37,105 bases of DNA from Pyrobaculum sp. (lineage in GTDB: Archaea > Thermoproteota > Thermoprotei > Thermoproteales > Thermoproteaceae): contig JBKBOT010000014.1 of the NCBI GenBank assembly GCA_046293555.1, positions 1-37,105 on the forward strand, read 5' to 3'. A model generated the notes under the pieces. The model was not told the DNA's origin. It made no database searches and was given only the letters and a program-made list of their open reading frames with translations. Position numbers and translations under genes: made by a program. Positions 17,810 through 26,221 of the stretch are shown here, piece by piece. Every line of letters begins with the position of its first letter. Within the stretch, counting starts at the first letter, position 1.

Positions 17810-19028
17810 ACGGGAGGACGCCGGCAGGAAGCTAGAGGAGGTCCTGGCGAAGCTGGCCGCAGACCTAAACGCCCTGGCTAGCCGCGTGGAGGAGGTGCGA
17901 AACGAGCTGAAGGCAGAGGTGAAGGCCAGCTCTCTCGAGGCGAGAAAGGGGGTAGAGGGCCTCGCCACGTTGCTCAACAAGACGATTAGAGACCTCACGG
18001 AGGGCGTGGCGCAGCTAGAGAAGGCCAAGAGGGAGCTAGAGGTCACTGCCGGCAAGCTCGCCGAGGTTGCCACAGCTGTGGAGAGGCTAAACGCCGCCGC
18101 CAAGTCTGTGACAGATGCCGCCAACCAGTTCATCTCGCTGGGGGAGAGGCTGGAGGGCATGTGGGCCAGGGTGGAGGGGCTTGCGGAACAGCTCAACTTG
18201 ATAAAGACGCAGGGGGAGCAGATTAGGACAGTGGCGTCGGCCATGTTGGAGCTAATGAAGGACTTTAGCTCCAAGGCGCAGGAATATGACGGCAAGTTGA
18301 GACAACTGGCCTACAGGGAGGCGGAGGTGAGGGCTAGAGACGAGGCGCTCCGGCGGAGGGAGGGGGAGCTGGCGGCGTCGCTGGAAAACGTCAGGAGGTT
18401 CACAGAGCTGGCGGAGACAGCCAAGTCGACGCTGGAGGAGGCCAAGAGGTCTACCGCCGTGTTGACAGCCAGGTGGCAGGAGTTGGCTAAAAGGGAGGAG
18501 GAGCTAAAGGCGCTGCGGGAGGAGTTAATGCGGAAAGAATTCGAGCTTAAGAAGTTAGAGCAGGAGCTGGCGGTGAGGCAGAGACAGCTGGCGGAGCAGG
18601 AGGAGCGGCTTAAAGCCCTCGTGGAGAGAGCCTCTGAGGTGGAGAAAAAGCTGGAGGAGTTGTCGCAAAGAGAGAGGGAGCTCGCCAGGCTGCAGGCCGA
18701 GGTGGAGGAAAAGAGGAGAGCGCTAGAGGAGCTGGCGGCCAAATATAGGGCTTTTGAGGCCGTTGTGGCGAGGAAGGAGGAGGAGCTGCGGAGGCTAGAG
18801 GAGGCGGTGAGAGCTAAGGAGCTGGAGCTTCTTGACAACTTGGGGAGATTCGCCAAGAGGCTTGTAGAGGAGGAGGCCAAGCTGGCCGGGTGGGAGAGGC
18901 GGCTTTTAGAACAGGAGAGGGAGGTGTTGGCTTTCTACCGGAGCCTACTGCTGAGGGAGGCCATGTTGGCCCAGTGGAAAACACAGCTGGAGGAATGTAG
19001 GAAGAAGCTAGGCGAGAAAGGGGAATAG
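17802..19028 (+). CDS. Long all-coiled-coil protein (408 aa)
   Basis: E/L/A/R/K-rich, no proline, continuous heptads, no Walker motif or TM segment. Confidence 0.8.
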   Translation: MFRREDAGRKLEEVLAKLAADLNALASRVEEVRNELKAEVKASSLEARKGVEGLATLLNKTIRDLTEGVAQLEKAKRELEVTAGKLAEVATAVERLNAAAKSVTDAANQFISLGERLEGMWARVEGLAEQLNLIKTQGEQIRTVASAMLELMKDFSSKAQEYDGKLRQLAYREAEVRARDEALRRREGELAASLENVRRFTELAETAKSTLEEAKRSTAVLTARWQELAKREEELKALREELMRKEFELKKLEQELAVRQRQLAEQEERLKALVERASEVEKKLEELSQRERELARLQAEVEEKRRALEELAAKYRAFEAVVARKEEELRRLEEAVRAKELELLDNLGRFAKRLVEEEAKLAGWERRLLEQEREVLAFYRSLLLREAMLAQWKTQLEECRKKLGEKGE

Positions 19029-19304
19029 GGCCCTCAGAAGGCTGTAGCTCAGGACCGCCGTCGTGACTATAAAGGTGGCTACTAGTAACATCTGGATGGT
19101 TCTATATTCGGCTCTCTCCCTTTCGTCCGCCGCGATGTCCAACATGGCTGAGACGTCCTTTAGGGCGATCCTAAAGAGCGCCACGGCGATGACTATAAAC
19201 ACCAGGTCGAGTGTCCACGCCAGCTGGTAGCCTGTCCCCAACAACAGGAGGCCTAGTGTCAACACCCCCACGAGGTACAAGACGGCGTAGAGGCTCCACC
19301 ACAC
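19008..19304 (-). CDS. Small three-TM membrane protein
   Basis: Three hydrophobic segments with a charged loop. Confidence 0.65.
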   Translation of the reverse strand: MWWSLYAVLYLVGVLTLGLLLLGTGYQLAWTLDLVFIVIAVALFRIALKDVSAMLDIAADERERAEYRTIQMLLVATFIVTTAVLSYSLLRALFPFLA

Positions 19305-19373
19305 GGCGTAGACATATTAGATTATTTTAACGTTTTCAACCCCACCTATTTAACTACGGCGGGGTGTAATCAT

Positions 19374-20843
19374 GTGTTTGGACTGCTGTTTGTCATAATT
19401 AACGCGACGGCGATGGCGGTGCCCATAGCCACGATACCCTTTCAATACACCACACAGCTTGGGGGTTGTGCCAACTTCTCCACCTATCTGGACCCCCTCT
19501 CCCCCTGGGGGCTGGCGTCTATATATGTCGTCACGGGCGACGGCAGGCTGTCTGCCCCCACGCTAGAGCCCTACCCCACGCCTAAATACGCCAGGGGGCG
19601 GGCCTGCGGCGACTTTCTCTCAGTTAGGGTAGATAGATGGAGGGCAGTGGGGCCGCTTGTCTCTATCTCCATTGGGGGGGAGGACGCCTTCTATGTATCT
19701 AGCGTCTATCTGCTAAACCGCACGGCGGTGGTGAGGGTAAAATCCCTCACGCCCCCCGTGGCGTCTGGCGACTTTGTCTATAGGGTGAGCTCTCTCTCCG
19801 TGGGGGGGATATATGTGGAGGAGTACGTGGCCTACGGCCCCGCCCAGCTGACGGCATATGGCGTCATCAACGTGACGTATATAAGCCTCGGGGAGGAGAG
19901 GCCGGACTTCTATATATACATCCCCACGCCGGGGGTTAGGGCAGAGGGGCTAAAGCCCTGGGCTCCAGACGTGCCGCTGTGGTTTTCTCCAAACCAGACG
20001 GCCGGCGTGGGGCGGCCGAGAGTGGTGGTAGAGCAGATATCCATACCCGTGGGGGGGGAGTGCGGCGGCGTGGCTGTGGTGATTAACCCGCTGGAGAGAC
20101 CCCTCTCTATATACGTAAGGCTGGAGGACGGCAGTTCACACATCCTCTCTCTATACCAGCTGCCAGCCGGCATAGCCACGTGGCGGCTTCGAGGCGCCGT
20201 GGCTAAAACGCTAGACGGGAGGGAGCTCCCCGTCGAGGAGATTACCGCCGGAGACGGCGCGCCGGTTGGCATCTGTCTGGTGGAGGGCATGCGGTACTAC
20301 GTGAAGACCTACGGCTATAGGTACCCGGCGGAGGTGAGACAAGGCCGCCTGGAGGCAGAGACAGACCTGGTGGCGCCGGAGGTGGCCGCCCCCGGGGGGC
20401 TAAACGCGGTTGTGGTGCCCCAGGTGGCTAGAGGTGGCTCTGCCGTCACGGTGAGGCTTTACTACAACGGCACACCTGTGGGGGAGGTTGTAGCCAAGGC
20501 GTCACCCCTAATTGTCATAAACGCCAGCCAGCTCTATAGAGAGGTGAGGGTGGTGGACCTCTTGGGGGAGCCCGTGCCCCACTTCGCCGTCTATGTGGGC
20601 GGCCTGAAGTTTATAGGCCGTGACGGCGTGGCGGAGGTGATCCCCACTGGGGACACCATAGCCGTTGAGATAAACGGCGTGAGGTATGTAACCCGCCTCG
20701 CCCCAGAGGTCAAAATCCCCATCTTGACGTGGGGGAGTTTCCTCAAGGTCGCCATGGCGGCGGCTGTGGTGGGCGTGGCGGCGGCTCTGGGCGTAAGGAG
20801 GCGGGAGAAAGAGATATATGGGGAGGAAACCGTAGAGGTGTGA
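19374..20843 (+). CDS. Predicted cell-surface protein with C-terminal membrane anchor
   Basis: Hydrophobic N-terminus, several N-x-S/T sequons, beta-strand-rich composition, C-terminal TM followed by RRREK. Confidence 0.72.
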   Translation: MFGLLFVIINATAMAVPIATIPFQYTTQLGGCANFSTYLDPLSPWGLASIYVVTGDGRLSAPTLEPYPTPKYARGRACGDFLSVRVDRWRAVGPLVSISIGGEDAFYVSSVYLLNRTAVVRVKSLTPPVASGDFVYRVSSLSVGGIYVEEYVAYGPAQLTAYGVINVTYISLGEERPDFYIYIPTPGVRAEGLKPWAPDVPLWFSPNQTAGVGRPRVVVEQISIPVGGECGGVAVVINPLERPLSIYVRLEDGSSHILSLYQLPAGIATWRLRGAVAKTLDGRELPVEEITAGDGAPVGICLVEGMRYYVKTYGYRYPAEVRQGRLEAETDLVAPEVAAPGGLNAVVVPQVARGGSAVTVRLYYNGTPVGEVVAKASPLIVINASQLYREVRVVDLLGEPVPHFAVYVGGLKFIGRDGVAEVIPTGDTIAVEINGVRYVTRLAPEVKIPILTWGSFLKVAMAAAVVGVAAALGVRRREKEIYGEETVEV

Positions 20844-20887
20844 TGAGGGGATTGACGCTGATTGGTGAAAGGGCCTTCGATCTCTGA
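20840..20887 (+). ncRNA. C/D-box methylation guide sRNA overlapping the upstream stop codon
   Basis: GTGATGA-ggggattgacg-CTGA-t-TGGTGA-aagggccttcgatct-CTGA (C, D', C', D boxes). Confidence 0.85.
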
Positions 20888-20923
20888 AAACTTTTAAAGA
20901 CACATTGATGTGGGGCTGTGTTG

Positions 20924-22027
20924 ATGCAGATAGGCCAGTTTGACCCCTTGTGGTACCTCGTGATGTTAATGTTCTGGATAGTACTGTTGATGTTCTTCCA
21001 GGAGATACAGGTCTGGAGGTACTTAATGCAGGTAGGCAACTTCCTCCACTATCTAGGCCAGCTGTTAAACACCACTTCTGGCAACGTCCTGGCGGCGTTG
21101 GAGAAAATGAGGAGGAAAGAGGTAAACAAGGCCGAGCTGGAGTCCACCTTGAGGAAAATGGTTGACTTCGCGGTGATTGAACCCACGGCGCTAGACCCCA
21201 ACGGCGTTGTGCCTAAATATAAACATATTATAAACACCTATGTCTCTACCTACGAGGAGGAGATCAAAAAGATCGTGGAGGATGGCGTCGCCGTGAAGAA
21301 CATGTCCACAGCCGTGGAGGCTCTACGCTACATGAACCTTGTCTACAAGGTGATAGATCATTACTACAGGATGGCAAAGAAGTACAAGATTTACTACCTG
21401 GTGATTCAACTCACCATGTTGTTACCACTACTGAAAGAACTTACAGATACTGTAAACGAGGCTGTCACCTCCTTCATAAAGGGGCTCCCCATAGGCGATA
21501 GCGCCGGCCCCCAGGTGGCGTATAACATCCTCACCCAGTGCGGCGACGTGAAGTACCACCACGAGGTGAGAGACACCGTGGTGGCAGAATGTCTCTACCA
21601 AGACAGGAGGCTATATGTCATAAAGGCGCATGGGCCTGGCAGCACTGTGGGCAGGCTGGACGAGGCTGTGGAGTATGTCTTCAAGCTGGGGGTCACGCCT
21701 AGATATATCGTCACAATTGACGCCGCGTTGCGGCTAGAGGGCGAGAAGACCGGCGAGGTGGCTGAGGGCGTCGGCGTGGCTATAGGCGGCATAGGGGTGG
21801 AGAAATTCAACATAGAGTCTTACGCCACTAGGTACGGCGTGCCGCTATACGCCTTCTTGATAAAAATGCGGCAGTCTGAAGCCCTAACCACTATGACCAA
21901 GGAGATATACGACGCGGTACAACACACGTCCAGAAGGGTGCTAGACTTCGTCACCACACAGATCCCCCCCGGCGGCTCGGCGTTGGTGATCGGGGTGGGC
22001 AACACGGTGGGTGTAGGGCAGCCGTAA
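20924..22027 (+). CDS. DUF1512-type conserved archaeal membrane-anchored protein
   Basis: PTALDPNG, PIGDSAGP, GPGSTVG, IDAALRLEGE and GVGNTVG motifs; N-terminal TM helix. Confidence 0.8.
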   Translation: MQIGQFDPLWYLVMLMFWIVLLMFFQEIQVWRYLMQVGNFLHYLGQLLNTTSGNVLAALEKMRRKEVNKAELESTLRKMVDFAVIEPTALDPNGVVPKYKHIINTYVSTYEEEIKKIVEDGVAVKNMSTAVEALRYMNLVYKVIDHYYRMAKKYKIYYLVIQLTMLLPLLKELTDTVNEAVTSFIKGLPIGDSAGPQVAYNILTQCGDVKYHHEVRDTVVAECLYQDRRLYVIKAHGPGSTVGRLDEAVEYVFKLGVTPRYIVTIDAALRLEGEKTGEVAEGVGVAIGGIGVEKFNIESYATRYGVPLYAFLIKMRQSEALTTMTKEIYDAVQHTSRRVLDFVTTQIPPGGSALVIGVGNTVGVGQP

Positions 22028-22055
22028 GTTTATAAATGGCAGAAAAGTTCTAGAC

Positions 22056-22352
22056 ATGAGGCTTAAAACCCCTTTTTTGAGATTAGCTCTCACAAACTCC
22101 CACATGGAGTTAGAGCTAGATAACGTCATGGTGTTTGGCGAGGTGAGGAGAGGCCAGCTCTATGCGGAGATATATATCGGGGAGACGAGCTATATATATG
22201 AGAGAAGGCGGTGGTATGTCTACAACGGCGAGGGCAAGTTACGGCATATGACAGATAAAGACCGGGCTGAGTTAAGACAGCTGGCGAAAATGCTGTCTAC
22301 CCTCCCACACTACCTGGTGTTAGAAAAGCTAATAAAGGCGCTGTCGTATTAA
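22056..22352 (+). CDS. Hypothetical protein
   Basis: ATG 27 nt after a TTTATAAA box; 98 aa. Confidence 0.7.
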   Translation: MRLKTPFLRLALTNSHMELELDNVMVFGEVRRGQLYAEIYIGETSYIYERRRWYVYNGEGKLRHMTDKDRAELRQLAKMLSTLPHYLVLEKLIKALSY

Positions 22353-22389
22353 TCCATCACTTTTATAAATACCTACAGATTTAGACAAT

Positions 22390-22611
22390 ATGCCAAAAAA
22401 CAAGAGTCCAGACAAGATGTCTCTGATCTCTGTCCACGTCCCGAGGAGGATGATTGAAGAGATAGACGAGTTGGTGCGGCGGGGGATTTTCCCCAGCCGG
22501 AGTGAGGCCATTAGGGCGGCGCTACGCGACTTTTTATACAAGGAGAGCTTCAAGACTAAACCCCTCATCGGGGAGGAGGAGGTGCCTTTCAGCTTGTTGA
22601 AAGGCAGGTAG
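22390..22611 (+). CDS. Ribbon-helix-helix (CopG/MetJ-like) DNA-binding protein
   Basis: ISVHVP...IDELVRRG.FPSRSEAIRAALRD; TTTATAAA upstream. Confidence 0.9.
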   Translation: MPKNKSPDKMSLISVHVPRRMIEEIDELVRRGIFPSRSEAIRAALRDFLYKESFKTKPLIGEEEVPFSLLKGR

Positions 22612-22617
22612 CCCTAC

Positions 22618-24081
22618 ATGGAGGTCCCCCCGCCGCTTTTCGACCTCTTAAAGAAGGCTCAAGACTGGCGGCTGTTAGAAGATGTGGCGGCGGAGCTCGG
22701 CGTAGCCGCCGAAAGCCTAATGCGGCACGTAGAGGAGGGGAGGGCCAGGGGGCTGCTGGCCGTAGAGAGAAAGATGGCGGTGCGTTATGAGCTTACAGAA
22801 GAGGGCAGGCGGAGGGCGGCAGAAGGCCTCCCGGAGTACAGAGTGTTGAAAAACGCCCAGTGTGGGCAGAGCCGCTGTGTGGCCTCTCTAGACCAGCCGG
22901 AGGGCGACATAGCTGCTGCCAACTTGGCCAAGCTGGGGGTAAAGCCCAGGGGGCGGGTGCTGGAGATGGGGGAAGATCTCTACAGGGCGGTCCTCCAGAG
23001 GGTAGAAGAGAGGCAGAGAGCTCTTGCAGACCTGGAGTCGGCCTCCCCCGAGGCGATACAGGAGTTTCTAAAGAGGGGGCTTGTGAGGAGGGTGGAGAGG
23101 ACTTTGGTGTATATAAAGGCCGTGGTGCCGCTAGACTCCCTCAAGCCCACCGCCGTCAAGACCGCCCTAACTTCTGAAGATATTGCTACAGGCCGCTGGC
23201 GGGGGTACTACCTAAAGCCTTTCGACCTCTCCATCGAGGTGCCGGAGCACCCGGCGCCGGTGCCCCACTTCTTCAGCGAGTTTCTTGACTACGTGAGGGA
23301 GGTGATGGTTGGGCTGGGGTTTGAGGAGGTGAGAGGCCCCATCTTAGAGCTGGAGTTCTGGAATTTTGACGCCCTCTTCCAGGCTCAAGACCACCCCGCC
23401 AGGGAGATACATGACACCTTTTATGTAGGGTGGCAAGGCGCCGTGGGGAGGCCGCCGGAGGCCTTGATGAAGGCGGTGGGGGAGATACATGAGGCGAGTT
23501 GGCGATACCGCTGGAGTGTAGAAAAGGCCCTCAACCCTGTCCTCAGGACGCAGACCACGGCCACTACCATCAGGGCGCTGGCGGAAAGGGGGGAGGGGCA
23601 CTACAAGGTTTTTACAGTCGGTAGGGTCTTCCGGCCGGAGAAGCTAGACCCAAAACACTCCATGGAGTTCCACCAGCTAGACGGCATTGTGGTGGGGAGG
23701 GGCCTCGCCTTCAGGCACCTACTCGGCCAGCTGGAGGAGATCGCAAAGGCGTTAGGCATGAGGGACGTCAGGTTCAAACCGGCCTACTTCCCCTTCACCT
23801 CGCCCTCGGTGGAGGTCTACGCCGAACACCCCACCCTGGGCTGGGTTGAGTTTGGCGGCGCCGGCGTGTTTAGGCCGGAGGTTACAGAGCCGCTAGGCGT
23901 TAAGGAGAGCCGCGTCTTGGCGTGGGGCTGGGGGCTAGACAGAATAGCCATGATACTCCTACAGATAGACGACATTAGGGATCTCTTCACCAGAGATATC
24001 AACAAGCTTAGGGAGTACTACGCCAGGTGGGAGAAATATAGACGCGCCGTGGGCGCAGTGGGGCTGAGATACACGCTGTAA
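22618..24081 (+). CDS. pheS: Phenylalanine--tRNA ligase alpha subunit
   Basis: WNFDALFQAQDHPAR, LRTQTT, VFRPE, EFHQLDG, YFPFTSPS and AWGWGLDR motifs. Confidence 0.97.
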   Translation: MEVPPPLFDLLKKAQDWRLLEDVAAELGVAAESLMRHVEEGRARGLLAVERKMAVRYELTEEGRRRAAEGLPEYRVLKNAQCGQSRCVASLDQPEGDIAAANLAKLGVKPRGRVLEMGEDLYRAVLQRVEERQRALADLESASPEAIQEFLKRGLVRRVERTLVYIKAVVPLDSLKPTAVKTALTSEDIATGRWRGYYLKPFDLSIEVPEHPAPVPHFFSEFLDYVREVMVGLGFEEVRGPILELEFWNFDALFQAQDHPAREIHDTFYVGWQGAVGRPPEALMKAVGEIHEASWRYRWSVEKALNPVLRTQTTATTIRALAERGEGHYKVFTVGRVFRPEKLDPKHSMEFHQLDGIVVGRGLAFRHLLGQLEEIAKALGMRDVRFKPAYFPFTSPSVEVYAEHPTLGWVEFGGAGVFRPEVTEPLGVKESRVLAWGWGLDRIAMILLQIDDIRDLFTRDINKLREYYARWEKYRRAVGAVGLRYTL

Positions 24082-24614
24082 TGCGGGCCCTCTTCCCCGG
24101 CCGCTTCCAGCCGCCCCACTGGGGGCATATATACGCAATACGCGAAATCTTGAAGGAGGTAGACGAGGTGGTGGTGACAGTGGGGTCCGCCCAGTTTAAC
24201 TACATCGCGAGAGACCCCTTCACCGCCGGGGAGAGGATCTGGATGTTAAGAGAGGGGCTGAGGGAGGGAGGGGTAGATCTCTCCAGGGTGTTGCCAATAC
24301 CGGTGCCCAACGTGGAAAACAGCTGGGAGTGGCTGGGGCGGGTGAGGTCCTACATCCCCCCGGCACATATGGCGTATACGGGCAATCCCTACGTGGCGCT
24401 TCTCTTGAGGCAGGCGGGCTACGAGGTGAGACAACCTCCCCCATTCCGGCGGGAGGTATATAACTCCACCAAGATAAGAGAGCTCATGCTAAAAGGCGAC
24501 CCCACCTGGGAGGAGCTAGTCCCCAGGTCGGTAGCCTCCATAATTAAACAAATTGGGGGAGTGGAGAGGGTGAGGATAATATCTCTAGGCGAGGCGGAGC
24601 CACACAGGTGGTGA
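24081..24614 (+). CDS. nadM: Nicotinamide-nucleotide adenylyltransferase (NadM type)
   Basis: GRFQPPHWGH, GSAQ, PFTAGER, STKIRE and WEELVP motifs. Confidence 0.92.
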   Translation: MRALFPGRFQPPHWGHIYAIREILKEVDEVVVTVGSAQFNYIARDPFTAGERIWMLREGLREGGVDLSRVLPIPVPNVENSWEWLGRVRSYIPPAHMAYTGNPYVALLLRQAGYEVRQPPPFRREVYNSTKIRELMLKGDPTWEELVPRSVASIIKQIGGVERVRIISLGEAEPHRW

Positions 24615-24728
24615 ACAGACCAAACGGCCTGGGGCTCAGATAAAATAGAGGCCCCCCTCTTGGGGCTCGAAAACTGGGTTTACGTAAGGTTTATCAACAC
24701 GTCACTTGATGGTATAATGTGACGCTTT

Positions 24729-24798
24729 GGGCCCGGGGTGTGGGGGCATAGCCGTGAAGCCTCAAGGCGAATGCCCCCTGCGAGGGGGAGGACCTTAC
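24729..24798 (+). ncRNA. Candidate structured RNA or IS200/IS605 end-like relic
   Basis: GGGGGCAT (24742-24749) pairs with ATGCCCCC (24771-24778) around an inner GCC-TCAA-GGC hairpin; lies between convergent genes. Confidence 0.4.
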
Positions 24799-25115
24799 GG
24801 TAGGTCAGAACGGTGGCGATATATTACGATCTTTATGTGCCGCCGTTGTTGTTTAACTCTTGTGGCTGGGCGGAAGGTCGCCGTGTAAGTCCCGTCGTCA
24901 TGTTGGATATAGCTCTCTACAGCCCACCTCTCGTTTCTACATTCGGAGAGGAGTTCTGCAAAGTCTTCAAAGTAGTCGTAGGCGCCACAGGTGTGACACA
25001 TGTTGCCGTAGAAGTGGACAGTTAGGAAGTCGCCGCCTGTCTCCACCACCTCTATCTTAGCCTCGGCGCCGAAGATCTGCCTAAATTTCCCCACAGCCTT
25101 TGCCACACAGTCCAT
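24795..25115 (-). CDS. Small conserved-looking CxxC protein (NifU-C-like motif)
   Basis: LTVHFYGNMCHTCGAYDYFEDF. Confidence 0.7.
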   Translation of the reverse strand: MDCVAKAVGKFRQIFGAEAKIEVVETGGDFLTVHFYGNMCHTCGAYDYFEDFAELLSECRNERWAVESYIQHDDGTYTATFRPATRVKQQRRHIKIVIYRHRSDLP

Positions 25116-25246
25116 GTCTCTTCCGGGGGGCGTATTTAAGTCTTTATTTGAGCTATATAGTATAGTAAATATTGTTAAGTCAATGTCGTCTTAATTAATT
25201 TTTTAAAAAATTGCTATGGTTATATAGATAAATAAGCCATATATCC

Positions 25247-26221
25247 ATGTCCCATCTCTCGCCTGTGTGGAAAATATTGGGCGTCGTGGCGCTAGTGGCC
25301 GCGGTGGCCATCCTCCTGGCGGCTTTCTATATCAGCCAGACGGCTACGGCGGCCGGCCAACCTACAGCAGCCGGCTGTCCTAAAGACGTGTTGGTCTACG
25401 CCGCCCCCACCCTCGTGAGGCTGGGGAGAGATGTGTTAACTCAAGCCGGCTCTTTTACCGCCGGGCTTCTATCTATCGGCTCTGTGGAGGCCGTCAAGCG
25501 GATTTCACAAGGCGCGGTGCCCGACCTCTACCTTTCTGTAGACATAGAGCTGGCAAAAGAGGTGGAGAGGGCGCTGGAGATCTACCCACTGGGCCGCTTC
25601 AGAATTTCGCTAGTCTGCAGAAAGCCGCTGGGCTCCCCCCAGGAGTTGGCCCGCCTTAGGACCGCCCTCTCCGATCCCAGCAAGGCGCCAATTGGCTATA
25701 GAGAGCTGGCGTTAGTCTGGATGCTGTATAGAGACGGGTGGGCTGACCTCTTGGGGAGATATAGGGAGTTGGGAATAGGCTTTGTGGAAAGCGGCGGCGT
25801 GGTGAATATCACCACGCCCATCGTGTTGCCCTCCACCAGCTCGGTGGCTGTGGCGCCCAACCTAGACGCCAGCTGGACTCTCTTCGAGACAGGCGGCGTG
25901 GATTGCGTCTTTGCCCACACGCCGTTTTTAATGGGCCGGGTGGAGCTGGGGGAGGCGGTGGCTTCTACAGGCCTTTGGACTATCCACCGTGGGCAATACG
26001 GGAGGGATGCGGTATATGTCCACATATTTAAGCCGCCTTACGACTTTTTTGACGACCCGCCGTATGAAATATATATAAACTTTGTGGACTCCGGCAGGTT
26101 GGTGAGGCGGCTTAAGGTGATCCACTTTGAGGCTTTTGCCGCGGCTTTCAGCCAGAAGGGGGCATGTATCCTCGACGTAATTAAGAAGATGGAGCTAGGC
26201 CGATATGGCATATATCGCTAG
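25247..26221 (+). CDS. Tungstate/molybdate ABC transporter substrate-binding protein (WtpA/ModA-like)
   Basis: N-terminal TM anchor; GSVEAVKRI, PDLYLSVD and SDPSKAPIGYR motifs; first gene of a three-gene ABC operon. Confidence 0.72.
   Translation: MSHLSPVWKILGVVALVAAVAILLAAFYISQTATAAGQPTAAGCPKDVLVYAAPTLVRLGRDVLTQAGSFTAGLLSIGSVEAVKRISQGAVPDLYLSVDIELAKEVERALEIYPLGRFRISLVCRKPLGSPQELARLRTALSDPSKAPIGYRELALVWMLYRDGWADLLGRYRELGIGFVESGGVVNITTPIVLPSTSSVAVAPNLDASWTLFETGGVDCVFAHTPFLMGRVELGEAVASTGLWTIHRGQYGRDAVYVHIFKPPYDFFDDPPYEIYINFVDSGRLVRRLKVIHFEAFAAAFSQKGACILDVIKKMELGRYGIYR

Noticed and set aside
17802-19028. SMC/Rad50 assignment for the coiled-coil protein
   Set aside because: No Walker A/B, signature motif, hinge or zinc hook.
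24615-24798. RNase P RNA, SRP RNA or CRISPR remnant
   Set aside because: No P4 consensus strands, no SRP helix-8 motif, and only two 8-nt repeats, far short of an array.
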